From NCBI GenBank assembly GCA_022605425.2, contig CM061251.1, positions 620,001-684,000 on the forward strand: a stretch of 64,000 nucleotides of DNA, in the 5' to 3' direction. The notes under the pieces are model-generated. The model was not told where the DNA came from and made no database searches. It saw only the letters and a list, made by a program, of their open reading frames with translations. Within the stretch, counting starts at the first letter, position 1; every line of letters starts with the position of its first letter. Below, piece by piece: positions 35,305 through 49,743 of this stretch. This DNA is from Hamiltosporidium tvaerminnensis FI-OER-3-3 (Eukaryota; Fungi; Microsporidia). A program made the translations under genes and the position numbers.

Positions 35305-38300
35305 ACTAAACACACCTACCCTAGAAAACACAAATATTTTATGAAAATTTTGCAAAAATCTACGATAACAAGCTTAGAAAGAACTAAAAATTTACGAAAA
35401 AAACAAAATCAATGAAAGAAAATTTTAAAAATCAACTTAAATTGGCGATTTGAAACGTGTTGACACTTCATAAACCAGGGGATTTAGTAATTCTGACATC
35501 AGCACTTAAGAAATATGAAATAGGATCCTGCGCTTCAATAGATTCGTTAGAAGTGAAAATATAGGCTAAAAACAGCAGCCCATAGAATCTTTTATAGCGG
35601 AGACGAGACCTCTCATACTCTAGATACAGCTTTTGCTACGTATAACCATTTAGTTTATACCGTAAAATATTTTAATAGAATAAATGAAAGAATCTTTCGA
35701 ATATGGTGTAAAGTAAATTCTTTAACTTAACAATAATTTGCGCCCATACTCCGGCTAAAGAAACAAATAAAATAGAGAAAGACAGCTTGTACAACTTGCT
35801 AGAAATATTATATCATAAAGCACCGAAAATGACACCAATATAGTACTCGGTGACATGAATTGAAAAGCAGGCAAAGAAAAAGCCTATATACCGCATATTG
35901 GAAAATAAATCTTGCTTAGAAACACAGACTAAAAGGAATTTTGATTAATTCATGTTGCAACTAGCAAGAATATAATTATCTCTAGCACTTGTGTGTCAAT
36001 AAGACATACAAAGGCAATGTTGAAATCGCCGAATAATCATACAGTTAATCAAATAAATCATGCAACGATAGATGTAACGCATGAATCAAGTGTAATGAAT
36101 GTGAGAACATATAGGGAGGCAGACACTGACATAGATCTGCTCTATGCCATTATGAATACCCGTCTAACTTAATATCAATAACTGGCATGGTAAAAAAAAC
36201 CTCCAAGATAACAAATTTGACTGCCAAAAACCAAAAGATCTAGGTGTAAGAGATTATATAGTAAAAGCATCCAAAATATATAAATTCTTATGAAACCTAT
36301 GGCAAATTAGCAATAACGAAAAGATCAAAAAACATAGGAAAAACTGAAGAATATGCTACTAAAAGGTGCGAAGAATATAATTAGATTTAAAGAACACAAA
36401 TGCGACAAATTTGTTCGATGAAGAATACAAAGTAGCAATTTACGCAAGAAACCAAGCAATAAGTAAACTGTAAAGCGACTAACGGAGCAACACCGATCTA
36501 ACTCTACTAATGTTGAGACAAAAGCATCAATGCATAAAGGAAAAGAAAAAGAGAATCCCATGACGAACAAATAGAATCTGAATCTTTAAATAAACGAACG
36601 GGAGAAATATATGCAAAGTTAAAGGTGCAAGAAGGGAGTTTATGGCCAGAAATGTTGCGATGCAGGCATTAAATGAAAAGTTAATGAAAGATCAGATAAA
36701 AGTCTTAAATTTATGGGCAGACTATTTTGAAGGATATTTAAACGAGAAAACAAAAAAAGGAAAAAGAGTTAGAATTTTCAAGTATTCAAGCAGAACCTAC
36801 AAACAACATAAACATATCGAAGCCTCAACTCTTTGAAATTGGAGGTTATATTTTCCCCGAAAAAAGAGAAAGTTTCTGGCGAGGATCTCATAAACGCTGA
36901 GATATTAAAGTATGAGGAAACGGCACATCTGGAAGAAATTTTAGCTCCAATCTTTTATGTTTGGAAGCACGAAGGGTGCCAGAGCATTGAAATAAGATCC
37001 TTATAGTGGGCATAACAAAACAGGCACAAAATTAAAATGCTCAAATTACAGGGGAATATCCCTCTTAATGAACATTATTTAATACAGTCCAAAGTTATGC
37101 AAAGCGACTTGAACTATATGTAGAAAACAATTTCGGTAAATACCAAGCTGTTTTTTGAGAGAAAGGTAGGCAACCGACCAGATATTTACTGCAAAATTTA
37201 ATTAGTAAAAATACGACAAGTATATCTATCCTATTTCAGCCTTTTTTGGAGTTAAAAAAGTATATGATAGCGTTTTTCGTGAATTTCTTTATAAAACATT
37301 ATCAGAATAGCAGATTCCTGAGAAAATCGTAAGTATTATTCAAATGACTCTTATAGAAAACAAAGAGTATAATTTACGTAAGCGGAAAATTTTTAAAGAA
37401 TTCGAAATATGCCATGTTTCGAGATAAAGAGATGCGGCTTCTTGTATACTTTTCAATTCCACGTTAGAAAAGGCTATAAAGAAGATCGGAAATGTTTCAA
37501 ACGAATATTTAAACAACAGATAAGTTCTCTTTCTTGGTCATGCCGATGGCATTAAAACATAGAAAACAATGTAGACGAACTTTGAGATAATGTTAGGAAG
37601 ACATAACATGATAAAAGAAAGGCTCCTTTATAAAGCCATGGACATAAAACAATGTACACGATGGCATAATTAAATGAGAAAAATATTCCATCTTCTTTCA
37701 AGTAGATACATACCGCTTTGACAGTATAGCCTCTTTTAATCATTCAGGAATGCTTCTGGTGAACTATAATGACAAAGACGCGGAAATAAAAGAGATAATG
37801 CAAGCTGAAATAATGCATATTTTGACGTACAAGAAATACAGAAATTTCGATTTGAAAACTGAAAATAAAAAAATGATATATATGACTTTTCTAGACAAAT
37901 AGTAATATAAGCTGCAAAATATGGATATTGACTAAGAGCATTGAAATTATATTGCACATATGCAAACGAAAGATCCTACGGAGAATATATGAATTTATAA
38001 GAACCTAGCAAGGTGTGTGTATAATTCGTAGCAACATCGATATCTCATTTATATCGAAATTCGGGATTGTTAAACAATGTACAAAAGACCAGACCCAAAA
38101 GGTTGTGTAATCTTAAACGAATTCCAGAGAGCAGAGCATTGAAAAACGTGTATATGCTTAATCTCGAAAGATGATGACTTCCTGGTCGCCACAAAACCAG
38201 AGGGCTAAATGATGTTAAAAAAAGCAATAAAAAATCCTGAGATAGACAAAGAGAAAGGATTGGCGCTCGATCGTCAGAAGTGGAAGTTATTAGTAAATGA

Positions 38301-38348
38301 AGCCAGGGATCTCAATAACCCCTAAAACCACTGATTCTGTAACTATGT
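35260..38348 (+). mobile_element. Decayed full-length RTE-clade LINE (APE endonuclease plus RT)
   Basis: Relic motifs in order: (W)NVLTL, VLGDMN, NQI(D)H, SGEDLINAEILK, NYRGISL, YQA, TDQIF, YDSV, (Y)AD; RTE-like 3' end; imperfect TSD AAATCTTTCA (35251-35260) and AAACCTTTCA (38349-38358). Confidence 0.85.
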
Positions 38349-38443
38349 AAACCTTTCATGCAAGAGTATTCTTTCATATAAAGTTCAAAAGTTTTGTATC
38401 TATTTGTTAACTATTAAAAAAGGTTAAATTCAATTTGTTTATT

Positions 38444-39150
38444 GGTCGATAAAGAATAACCTCCACAAAACTATTTATTAGAAAAATATGAGAAATTGAT
38501 GGGCTAAATCATCATTTTAATCTTAGTGCAAATAAACTACTCAAATGTTTAAATTTCCGTGAAAGTTTATAACAGAAGGATACTAAATAGCTAAACTCTT
38601 TCTGAGAATCTATTTTTTTTACTCATTATTGTAATTAAATCATAGCTTGAGGTTTTATCTGTATGTAATTTAAATGTTAAAGCATTGAACCTAGCTTTTC
38701 TCATTTGTGTTGAAGACTTAGCGCCTAGGATTAGAAAAATAAACCCTTTAAATCAAAGAACCCTAAGTAGCAGGCTATATCGGTTGGTATGGTATTGCAC
38801 TGTCAAGTTTGATTGCATTTAAGTTGTCAAAATACATAGGGTTGAAAGTTTATTTGGTCCAGAAAGTGTAGAGTAAGTTAGGCCACTGCTTGTCTTGATG
38901 GCAGTAGAATGTGATCCTAACAATAATAGAACTCTATGTAATGAATGATTAACAAACACGTGCGCCTAATTTGCTCATGAATTGGGTTCTGCAGACCGCC
39001 CAGAGTAAAGTTTTGGGATGTAAGAATTTAAGGAACATTAATAGAGTATCATAGTGCAGTTATATGTAAAAACCAGGATTAAGTTAATAACATATAACAA
39101 TATAACATATGCCATTTGTATTAAAAGATGGTATATCTTCCAATCATAAA
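38444..39150 (+). mobile_element. ~730-nt SINE-like family, diverged copy
   Basis: GAAGACTTAGCGCCT, CTAAGTAGCAGG and AGAAAGTGTAGAGTAAGT blocks; possible TSD with 13/15 match at 38427-38441 and 39151-39165. Confidence 0.8.
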
Positions 39151-39699
39151 AATTAAATTTTTTTAGACACGAATATACATACTTTTTTCAAAATCACAGA
39201 TTAAATTTGCAAATACCCAAATAAATTTAAAAGAAAATTATAAGTTCTTAAAATAGAGAACTTGCATTGCAAGCCTTTTCAACAGGCTAAAAAGCCCGGC
39301 AGCAGTAAAATAACAAATAATATATGCCAAAAATAGAAATCAATCCAAGATTGTATCGTTATATATATGTAGCACTTTTTTTACGCAGACTTATCATAAA
39401 TCTCTTACTCTCGATCGGTTTTTTTAAAACGGTTTTCATAAAGCTTAGTTTTTTTAAATAATCACACACAAACATGGGGAAATTAATTATTTTACGACTT
39501 TACAGAAAATTTTTTTAAACTACAAGGTCAATATTTATATGTAAAGATTCCTGAGCACTCAAATAATTGACAAAATTTCATAATGTGTGCCTGTTTTGGC
39601 TGTCGCCGGCTAGTAGTAATCATTCTAGGATTGCTGATAGCACCATCTTAACTTCAGTACGTTCACGATTATTTTCGGTTTTTTCTAATCAATCGGTAG

Positions 39700-41430
39700 C
39701 TATTTCTATAAAAAAACAAGAACCTATGTAAAAGAATGTAAACGATATGAAGTCGGGTAGACGAACAGTTAATGAATTGTGTTCATTCAAAAGCCAAACT
39801 ACATATTTATCCAAAACATAAATACTAAGAGTTGATAAAAAAAACATTAAAGCATCAAAAAGCAAATTAGTTGGAAAAAAATACAACACTACTACTGTTT
39901 GCCTGGGTTGACGGATAACTATCAAGAGAAGAAAAATTTAATAATTCCAGTTACTGAAAAATAGAAAAAACCAGGATCCATTCGTTGAGAAGAGATATTT
40001 TAAATTTTACAAGATGCACAGGTATTATTAGGCTTAGCTTTCGAAACCATATAAAAAAATATTCAGATTAGATATCCAAAGACATCACATGAAAATGGAT
40101 AAAGACCAATTAAATTTATTTATGCCGTGCGAAAAAGACATTGTCTTTCAAAAGAAAAGATTCTGAGATAAGAACTATATTAATTAAAACGAGGATTCAA
40201 GTTGTCGAGTCGATTTGATTGACAACATGTCCAAACTGATTATCAATAAAATTTTATAATATAAACCAGGATAATTTCACTAAATTTAACCAAATCCGAA
40301 TAGTTAAAAGCAAAAAGGCAGGGCAAAAACGAATATACTTTTGAATAAGCTTACCATTTTTGGTGGCATATTATTTTGCAATGTGATATTCAAGAGAACT
40401 TTCTAAAATACTTTCAAAGAAACATGTAACATTTCTTCAAAGTTAAATATGATAAATAAAAGAACCGGACACCCTCGTATCCAGGTATCAGTAAAATAAG
40501 CGAATAAGACGTGGAAAATAGTATTCTGGGACTGGAAGATTTTAACTGCAAAAAAATAGTCAAGTAGCCAGAGTTTTTTCCTGATTATATAACAGCGCTC
40601 ATCATAGCGACACAAAATTTACTTTGGAAGAGGACATATTAGAAATAATGTCAAAAGTTGATTTAAAGGTTTGCTATCCACAGATATTCTGCCTATAAAT
40701 GGAAAAAAGGAACTTAAATGTAATATTTGGATCAAAACAATATATAATTTGTCTAAAAGGTTCACTTAAAACCAAACCGGTTAACACAACAAAGGATATA
40801 TATCTTCATTTGGTGGTTTTGTAGCGTATTTAACTTTTTTTATCTAAACGAACTTCTGATCTTCATAACATCGAAAGACAATGAATGACATAAGCATCTA
40901 AATTTGCACCTACTATGTCACGAAAAGCATGATGATTTATTTAGAATTCAATTGAAAAAGAAAACAAGTCAGACATATTTAAAATTAGATAGATTTAAGC
41001 AAGCAATCTAAACACCCAAAAAAATTCTGAAAATCACAGATATAAAATCCACTGTTGCTAATAAGAGTGAAAACGTGAGTATGGTCTTAGATGCCGACGG
41101 TGTGCACTGATAGAAGGAAAAGGTGGCATTTGTTATCCGAAAAGGTGCCACTCTTTTTTAATTAAACGAGCACCAAACACACTATTTTAAATCAACCTTA
41201 AGCGAGGAACAAATTTGGAATATTCAAGGAAAATTTTAACAATGTAGCAGAAATTTTTCGGTCCGAGATTTCAGGATGATAATTAGCGAGAATATCTTCA
41301 GACAGAGTAAAAGGATTTATAGTTTACGTGGCGGCGAAAGTGAATGTAAATCTAGCAAATTCAATTGGTGAAATGAAAAAGGCTATTTATCTCGAAATGC
41401 CACCATAAGGAAGCCGTTATACTAAACAAA
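39700..41430 (+). pseudogene. Relic Ginger-type (KRBA2/SCAND3-like) DDE integrase/transposase
   Basis: Fragmentary translations in the expected order: CRVDLID, NQDNFTKF, KSKKA, IFGG, ILQCD, GHPRIQVSV.AN (cf. GRPRHPQSQGSVERAN) and a Cys/His-rich C-terminal remnant. Boundaries approximate. Confidence 0.6.
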
Positions 41431-44400
41431 AGCTTTTGGATTGAAATTTGTATGCAATTGCATATGTTCTTATTAGGCGCATGCATTTTTTATATCGTTA
41501 TTTTAATATAATATCCTCTTAGTTTCTATGCCTAAGTTAGCAAAAAAAATTGTCGAATTCCAAATCCTTAAAGTGACTGTAACATATACAAAATTTATTT
41601 TTTAGTTTAAAAATCTTTGCATCCATATTTTATAAAGGATATAAAAAAAATTAATTTAAGAATACCAGGGCAATTCAAGAAAAATACTTATTTTGTTGTA
41701 TTTCTTAAAACAAGCCAAATATTTTTCTCATTAGAATAACCTGAAAGTTAACTAATGTTTTTAATTGCAAATGTGTACCTCTGAAAGAAGCATATTTTTT
41801 ACAATAAAAATTTAGTTTATTCTTTTATAGTCTATTTCATTCTATACTAGGGATATATATTTTGGGCTCTAATGTCATAAAATATTAACCCTATAACCAA
41901 AATAAAATATATATTTACTTTAGAAATATTTTTGATTAAATTTTATCCTTAATTGCAGTTTTGTACCTAGAATTATTTTATATTTATATGAAAAAAATCG
42001 GTAAAATTAAAATTTGTATTTCCTGTAAAAATATATCCAAATAAAACTAAACATAGTAAAAACAAATAATAATTTTATTGGATACCATAATGACATTTAA
42101 ATTGTTTTTTTCTCATATGAAGGAAATGCTGAAAACATTCTGTATTCTTGTAATTATTCAACAATTTGATATAAAAGTTTGCTTAAAAAATTATATTTTA
42201 GGGATAAAGTGCACATAAAAAATAAAAATTGATAAAAACCTAAATATATCAAACAAGGCATAAATTCAATGATATATTTGGTTCGTGAAATCGAATTTAT
42301 CATTTAATTAGTTTGTATTTAAATAACACCCCAATTCATCTTATAATACCATATATTTATTATATGAAAGAATTTCTTCGAATTTTATTTTTATTTTTAT
42401 AGTATTTAAAACAAATATAATTGTTTCACAATCATCAGATCTCGTTAGTTATCTGTTTAATAAGAAAACAACTAATGGATCCTTCAAATGTAAAATAACA
42501 AATATTTATGAATCATCTAACACATTATTCTAAAGAGGATGAGTGTAAGAACTAAAATATAATTTTGCAAGAAATTTCCGCATAAAACTTAAAAATATTT
42601 AATACAGTAATCAAGTTTTTTTTCTTTCTAGCAACAACATTTGAAGCAGAAAAAAACATTGAACCAAAACTGCCGTAATAAACCGCGAATATGTAAGTAA
42701 TGTTTATAAATTATCGCCGATACAACAAACGTTATTAAATCAACCATAATGTTTAAAGATATTCTTAGTACCGAAGTGCTAGGATCTTTTCTTAGTGATA
42801 ATATAAACGCCTAATTATATATTTATTGAACGTTCAAACAAAAAAAGTGTTTGTAAATTTATGAAATTAAATTATGTTTTAGAGAAAAGTTAAAATAATT
42901 ATTTACTTATCCACCCAATTCATACAATAGTCGTTTCAAAATAATATATATTTCGAATATGCATTTGTACAGAAGATTTATTAAAAATATAGATCAATTC
43001 GTTTCAAAGAAATTTTTAATCAATTGTTTTTCATCATATTCTATATATAAAGCCCGTAATATAGTATTTGAATTTATAGAAAATCCTAAGATTTTATATT
43101 ATGGTTTTTTTTTTTTCAATCGAACCCACTTCATATATTATTTCCGACACCATATATTTTTAATTAAGTAAGCGGCCGATTTTCATCCATTACTGCTACA
43201 ATTTTATAGAACGTTTGATTTATTTTTTGGATACAAAAACCAAAAAATTCTTAATCTTAAAGGTTTAAATGGTGGATTTTTGATGCTTTTTAATTTTAAT
43301 TTGTTAGAGTTTTTTATTATCAATATTTTTTCGAAAAACGAAAAAATTTCGAAGCCTAATTTTAATAATTAGATTTTCTAAAATGTATTGTATTTAGAAT
43401 AAAACTCTAAGTAAACCGCAATTATTTTGTAAAAATCTATATTTACATCATATCAATGTTTGCTTATCAGTTTTTTGCCTTTTTTAGGCAAATAAATAAG
43501 CAAACGTTTTCGCTCTCGACGGTAAATTTCGATTTAAAATTTAGTTTGAAGATTTTTTTTGTTAAAAATTGTATCGATATACTCATTAAGTTTATCATTA
43601 GGATGGTCGATATGATATTTGCAGATAACTAATAATTAATATCCAGTTTTTTTTGTTAAAAAGATAATATATAGTCATATGATTACCAGAAAATAATCGT
43701 AATTTTATTATAGAAGATTAAATTTCATATATAAAAGTATTTTGCCATTTTTTTCGGATAAAAATTAGTTGACATGATTTTTTTTTGGCAGATTTGATTC
43801 AAAAATTAAATTAATTTAGATTATCGGTTGATAGGATTTTAGCCATTTTATATCTGGATCAATCTTGAATTGGTTAGGTATTCAATATGTAATTCGATAA
43901 CTTTATTATGTTCATATCAAAAAAATCATCTCTTAGTAAGCATTATGCTTGATATTTGGCACTATGATAAACATGATGTTAAATCGAATCATCTTGTGAA
44001 AAATCTATTTTTTTTAATAATTCGAAATTCTTTGAAATTTTTATAGTATTTTTTATAATTATTAATAGAGGATAAAATAATTTTTTTTTGTATATATTTG
44101 ATTTCTGGAGCAGTCCATGTAAATTTTTCTGCTTAAGCCTGTTTTAATTGTTTTTATTGAGTTATGTCAAAGTTTCGCCGCGATTCAATCTTTTTAAATA
44201 TATTCAAAGGGTAAGCTAATTATGAAATTTAAAATTTATGTTAATTAAAAAAATTTTATAAAAAAAAATATTTTCGATTTTGTCAGTGTTTTTATATAAT
44301 AGATTTCATAGAATATTTTTATTCATTTTCTTATATGGCTCGAAATAAGAAATAAAATGTAAATTAAAAAAAAATATCGAATGAATTGATAAAAAAAAAC

Positions 44401-46130
44401 GCAACGATAAGAACTCTGCTGGGTAAAATATATGGCTTAGTCGAGAAATGTTCTATTGATTGCAGATATAATTTTAATTCCCGCGAACCAACCATATTGT
44501 TTCTTGCCCCAAATAATTAATTTATTTAAAACTTATATTTTATAAATTTAATAGCTTTTAATATTTACTTAGTCAGATAAGTAAGAAATAATGAGTGAAT
44601 AAATTTTATTTGTTCAAAAAATAATTATTAAATTGTAGAGAATAATTATTTTACTAGAAAAATTTAACACTTTATTATGTGTGGTTATTTATAAATATTC
44701 ATAAATATTTATATGAAAAGAAATCTTCGAAAAAAACAAGATTTAGGAACTCGATTTATGCTATCCTGCTAAAATTTTGAATGAATATATAGATATTCAT
44801 AATCGTATATCAAATTTATTTTTTGATTATTCTGTCTAAAATACATGTAAACAGTGGTTTTAGTTCAATATAATATATAGATATCATTTCTTTTAATTAA
44901 AAATTATCATTAAACTGAATTTGTCTTTTTTTGACAAACTTTTGTTATTTTACCAATAAGTTGTATAAATTTTTAGATATTGGAGAAAACACACAATAAT
45001 ATTTTCTCGTAATAATAAAAATATCTATCTCTCAAATATCAAAATAAATTTTAGTATTTTGAAAAAAATACAAACTATTTATTTGAAAACTCTTTGGATT
45101 TCTTATTTCTGGATTTTAAACCATAGTATGTATATATATTATAATTTTTCATTTAAACTAAGCTTTAATAACGGTAATAAATTATTAATTATAAATTGAT
45201 TTTATCGATTGATTTCGAAGAAATCAATATTTAATGAATAAATTAAATATATAATTAAATACATTTAAATTAATTTTTCTCGAACATTCTTTAAATATTT
45301 ATATATTTTTAATAAATTCAAAATGAAAAAATAAATGGTCAATTGAATTCATTTCTTAAGTTTTTATAAATACTTTTACTTCAAATATAAATAATTTATT
45401 CTCTTAAAATCCACTTATAGTTATTTTGAGTCGAACTATATAAACATCTCATCTCGAATATACACCAAAAAGCGCAGATATTTTTAAAAAATATACTTTG
45501 GTTAAAGGCGGATCAAACGGACTCAAGTACATCATAAATCGTACTAGGAAATAAAGTGGCTAAATTTTTCCTAAATTGTCAGAAATTTTAAAGGTTTTAA
45601 TGAGCTAATAACCCTTAATTTTATAAGGATAGATTTTTAGATTGTTGTCTAAAGAAAATTGTGAAATTTTTTGACTTCAAAAATTTTGAAAAGAGTTAAG
45701 ATACTTTTTGAACAATAAAATATTAAATACCTAGCATTGTCTTACTAGTAATCGTATATTTTTTAATTAAAGTTTTTTAATTAATTCATGAACATTTTTA
45801 TAAATATATTATATAACTGATAAAACGATCTTTACAAATTAAATATTTAGGAAATATATATATTTAATTTTTTCATTGGATATTAAATATTTAAATATCA
45901 TATAAATTTTCTTTGCGCTATCAATTTATAAAAAAACAATTTTTTTTCAGGAAATTTTTATTTTTCTTTAAGCGAATTTATAGTATTATCACCATATTAG
46001 TGTAAACTAATTAAATTATTTTTATTGATATTTTTTTAATCAAAACATTTGATTGTAAATATCAAGAGATCAGAATCATGAGAATAGATAAAAACATTCC
46101 TAATATAAATTTTAAATTGCAAAAAAATCC

Positions 46131-46499
46131 ATGAACAGCAAAAGAAATTGTAAGAATAGAAAACCTGAACAAAAAGAAAGAATGTTGATTATTAAAGCGA
46201 TTAAAAGAATATTGGATGAGGATGATGAATATTTGAATGCAGCGATGTTAAAAAGAACAGATATTTATTTATTCAGTACCTTAAAAGAGATAATACCAGT
46301 GTTTTTGAAAATGGTGAGAGATACAATGATTTTTGAACAAAGAGCTGTCAAAATTGGAAATATTGCATATCAGAAAGTATTTCCATTGTTAAAAGAGGCA
46401 AAAGAAATATTATATAATTATTACTGTAATTTTCTTTATTTTCAAATCGATTTGGATTCGAATTATTATTTGAATTTATTAGTATCTTTCTTTGAATAA
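46131..46499 (+). CDS. Hypothetical protein or gene fragment (122 aa)
   Basis: ATG ORF preceded by CC, purine-rich coding-like composition; no recognised motif. Confidence 0.35.
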   Translation: MNSKRNCKNRKPEQKERMLIIKAIKRILDEDDEYLNAAMLKRTDIYLFSTLKEIIPVFLKMVRDTMIFEQRAVKIGNIAYQKVFPLLKEAKEILYNYYCNFLYFQIDLDSNYYLNLLVSFFE

Positions 46500-49400
46500 A
46501 AGTTCATGTATTTTTTGGATTTTAGTTGTTTGTACTCAAATTATTAATTTATTATTATTTCGAATCGTTTTCTAGAAAAATATTTAAACAATTTGAATGA
46601 AGTAAACCCCAATTAACGAACTCTGTTAACATTAAAATATTATAAAAAGATTCTATAAGCCATAAATTAAATCTTGACTATGTTTTTCTCAAATATTTTG
46701 CTCTGGTTTTCTCTTAGCTCTCTTTTTGATTTTCTTATTGCTTATTCGTTTTCAAAAGCTAAAAAAAATATACTTGAAAAATACAAAAAAATAAAAAAAC
46801 AAGAATAATCGAAAAAGGATTTCAAGGCAAAAATAACTCTTCATTCAAAATGTATCTTTTACAATAAAAAGTTTTCATTCAAAAATTAATTATAAATCAT
46901 TCATATTTTTACAAAAAAATATATTTTAGTACAAAAATGCGTTTGACGATTATAAAAAGAATCTTTTCTGCATTCCACAACCTCTATTAGAAGAAATTTA
47001 CTTCCGAAAACAATTTTGAGAAGATTTTTCAACCAAGAGCTTACAATTCGGGTTTTTGGTCTGCTCATCTCTATTGAAGTCCATTAATCGTGCTTTATCT
47101 TAAGAATTAAATTGAAAAAAAGTTTGGTGAATTATTTTGAAATTTATACAATTGTCGCATATTTATCTGTATTTAAGTAAGAAACTTTGGTGTATCGATT
47201 TCTGGAGATCTTTTTCAGTCGAGATCTATTTGATTTTTCTAAATTTCATTTCGAATTCTATAAATTATTTTCTATCATTATCCTAGAACTAGACTGAAAT
47301 GTTGCTTTTGGTACCACTAAGTTCTTTATTTGATGAAAATTTTACTTTATTTTACACAAATTTTTAAGAAAAAAATCTTAAAACAAACCGAAATTGTTCT
47401 GAAACAAGTTTTTTGCACTGATATGAATAGTCGTATTAAAATATATCTTAATTGGTTTCAATTTATTGTTAAATTCAGTCATATTTGAAAAATTAATTAA
47501 TTTTCCTATATTTTAAAACAATTAGATTGTAACATGGTTTTTATTCGCAAACAATTTCTTAACAACATGAATATATGTCGAATATAGATAAATAAGCAGA
47601 ATGTAAAATAAAAATAAAATACTATAAAGACTTTTTAATCAGCTCCTGATGATTTTCCAGATTTTTTTATGCAATATGCACACATGATTGTTTAGGCAGA
47701 CCCGAAATGTATGATCCTCAATAAGGTTGGTGATAAATAAAATATCATTTCCATATAAATGAACCGAATTTGGATTTATTGGTATTTCATTTGTATCAAA
47801 ACTCTTTGTGTATAACTCGATTTTTTTGAAATGAACATCAGGATAATTTTTAAAATAAGAAAGATGCTTTGCTTAGTATGCTTTAGGACGATTGTGAACT
47901 TATTGCGTTTCACTATTCTGTTTATAATATTTAAAGGTAATATCAGGTGAAAAAATAACAGTCTTGGTACAAAAATGATGTTTATAATGACTTTTTAATC
48001 AAACAATTATCATTATAAGAAATATATTTTTTCACAAAAATCTAATATTGGTAATACGATTCCTTTGATTATCTTCAATGAAACTTTGCAGATGTTTGAA
48101 ATATTATTTTTATGGAATTCATCTTTCATTTCAAAGCGCAAATAAATATAAGATCTGTCGCATTTTATATAATCATATTTTTTAAAAAGATATCTGAATG
48201 GTATAGAAGCACATATTCTGACATTCATATCTGTTAAAATACATGTTCAAGTGCTAATACGATTTATATATTCTCTTTCGACTTGCTAAAATCTGTAGAT
48301 GCCAAAATCGATCGACAATTTTTATATCATAATTTTATAAAAAATTCATTCCTATTCTGTAAAATTTCTCCGCCTCTATTAAAAATACTATATTGAAGTA
48401 GGTGCGCTTTGTAAAACATCCTAGAAGATATTCACCTATATAGCTGGAAATATTAACTCTTCTAAGCCCACAAAATACACTTTTAATAAATATTAGCAAC
48501 GTTAAAGATCATTTGGGTTTGCTTTCGACCTTTATAATTTAGTATTTTTGTAAAATAGATACCAATTTTCTACCAGTGCTTCTTTTTTACTATTAGTTAG
48601 TGAATATCAGATTGTATAAATGTGGCTATATGTTTAAAAATCAATATTTTTTTCATGCCTAACATATTTTAACTCTAGATCAAATTAAAATTTTCTGTTT
48701 CTGCTGTGAATATGAAAATTAAGCTCTTTTAATATTTTCTGCAAAATTCCATTGTTGTTGTTATTGGTTACTTTTGACTCTTGGTTTTTTTTCCCAATTT
48801 AAATATTTTCTATAGGTAGATAACAACTGCTATATCAAAAAAAATTGACAGATAACCAATTATACTTAATTTCACTATTTTCAGCTTGTTTTTGTTCTTT
48901 TTTAAAAAAATCTTTGATTTTTGTTTATTTGCTGCACATTTACCGAATTTTTAGAAAATTCTTTGAACTGTGAATAGAGAGAGGCAGAGCAAAAAGCATC
49001 TAAATCGCGAAGTTTTTATAATCTTACTAAAATTTTATAGTTTATATTGTGTCGCATAAAACTAAGTTGTATATAAGAAGAATTATGGTTATAAAAATAA
49101 CGTGTCCTTGGTTGGTATTTGCGATATCATCGTGCGCACATATATTGCATAAAATAATTCTTTTATTTATATTTTACAAGGACTTACGAATGCCTATAAT
49201 TTATTACTCTATAATAGCTATTTTATGCTTTTTATACTTTTAGATTTTTACTCTTCTTGAAACATAGTAAAAAAAAGATTTTCATTTTATATTTAAATAT
49301 CTTTGTGAGTCTAAATATTTAGTTCGATAAAAATACATACAAATATTAGTTTGTTGGCAAAAAAATATAGCATAAGAGAAATCGCTACAGTGGAAATAAT

Positions 49401-49516
49401 AGAAATATTACTGGTCTATTATATCTCTATGTTTAGAAAAAGTTTTACATTTCATAATTTTTAGGAAAAAGTCTTTTTCTTTTTGATCCATTTAATTAAA
49501 TTATTCAATTACCGAT

Positions 49517-49743
49517 GGTTCTCTACATACCGGGAGCATAATTGGCTTAAAATTCTCTGCTTGTCGTAGGAGGCGACTAAAAAAGACTGATCCTCAATGT
49601 TGGGCGTAGAGATAACAACCCACCTTTTAAAACTACCTGTTACAAAGCTTAATAAGTAAACAAACCCACTGGAAAAATACCAGTGAGCGGTATTACTACA
49701 GGAGGGAAAGGCTCGCACAAGGCTGTAGTGCAAAGTATGAATG
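49517..49743 (+). mobile_element. RTE-derived bipartite non-autonomous element (SINE-like) with 10-bp TSD
   Basis: AATTACCGAT at 49507-49516 and 49744-49753. RTE 5'-UTR-like motifs CTGCTTGTCGTAGGAGGCGACTAA and GTTGGGCGTAGAGATAACAACCCACC are fused to an RTE-like 3' end GGCTCGCACAAGGCTGTAGTGC..ATGAATG. Confidence 0.75.

Noticed and set aside
44425-44495. A-box-like TGGCTTAGTCG suggesting a tRNA
   Set aside because: No cloverleaf or intact T-loop; at most a decayed SINE head.
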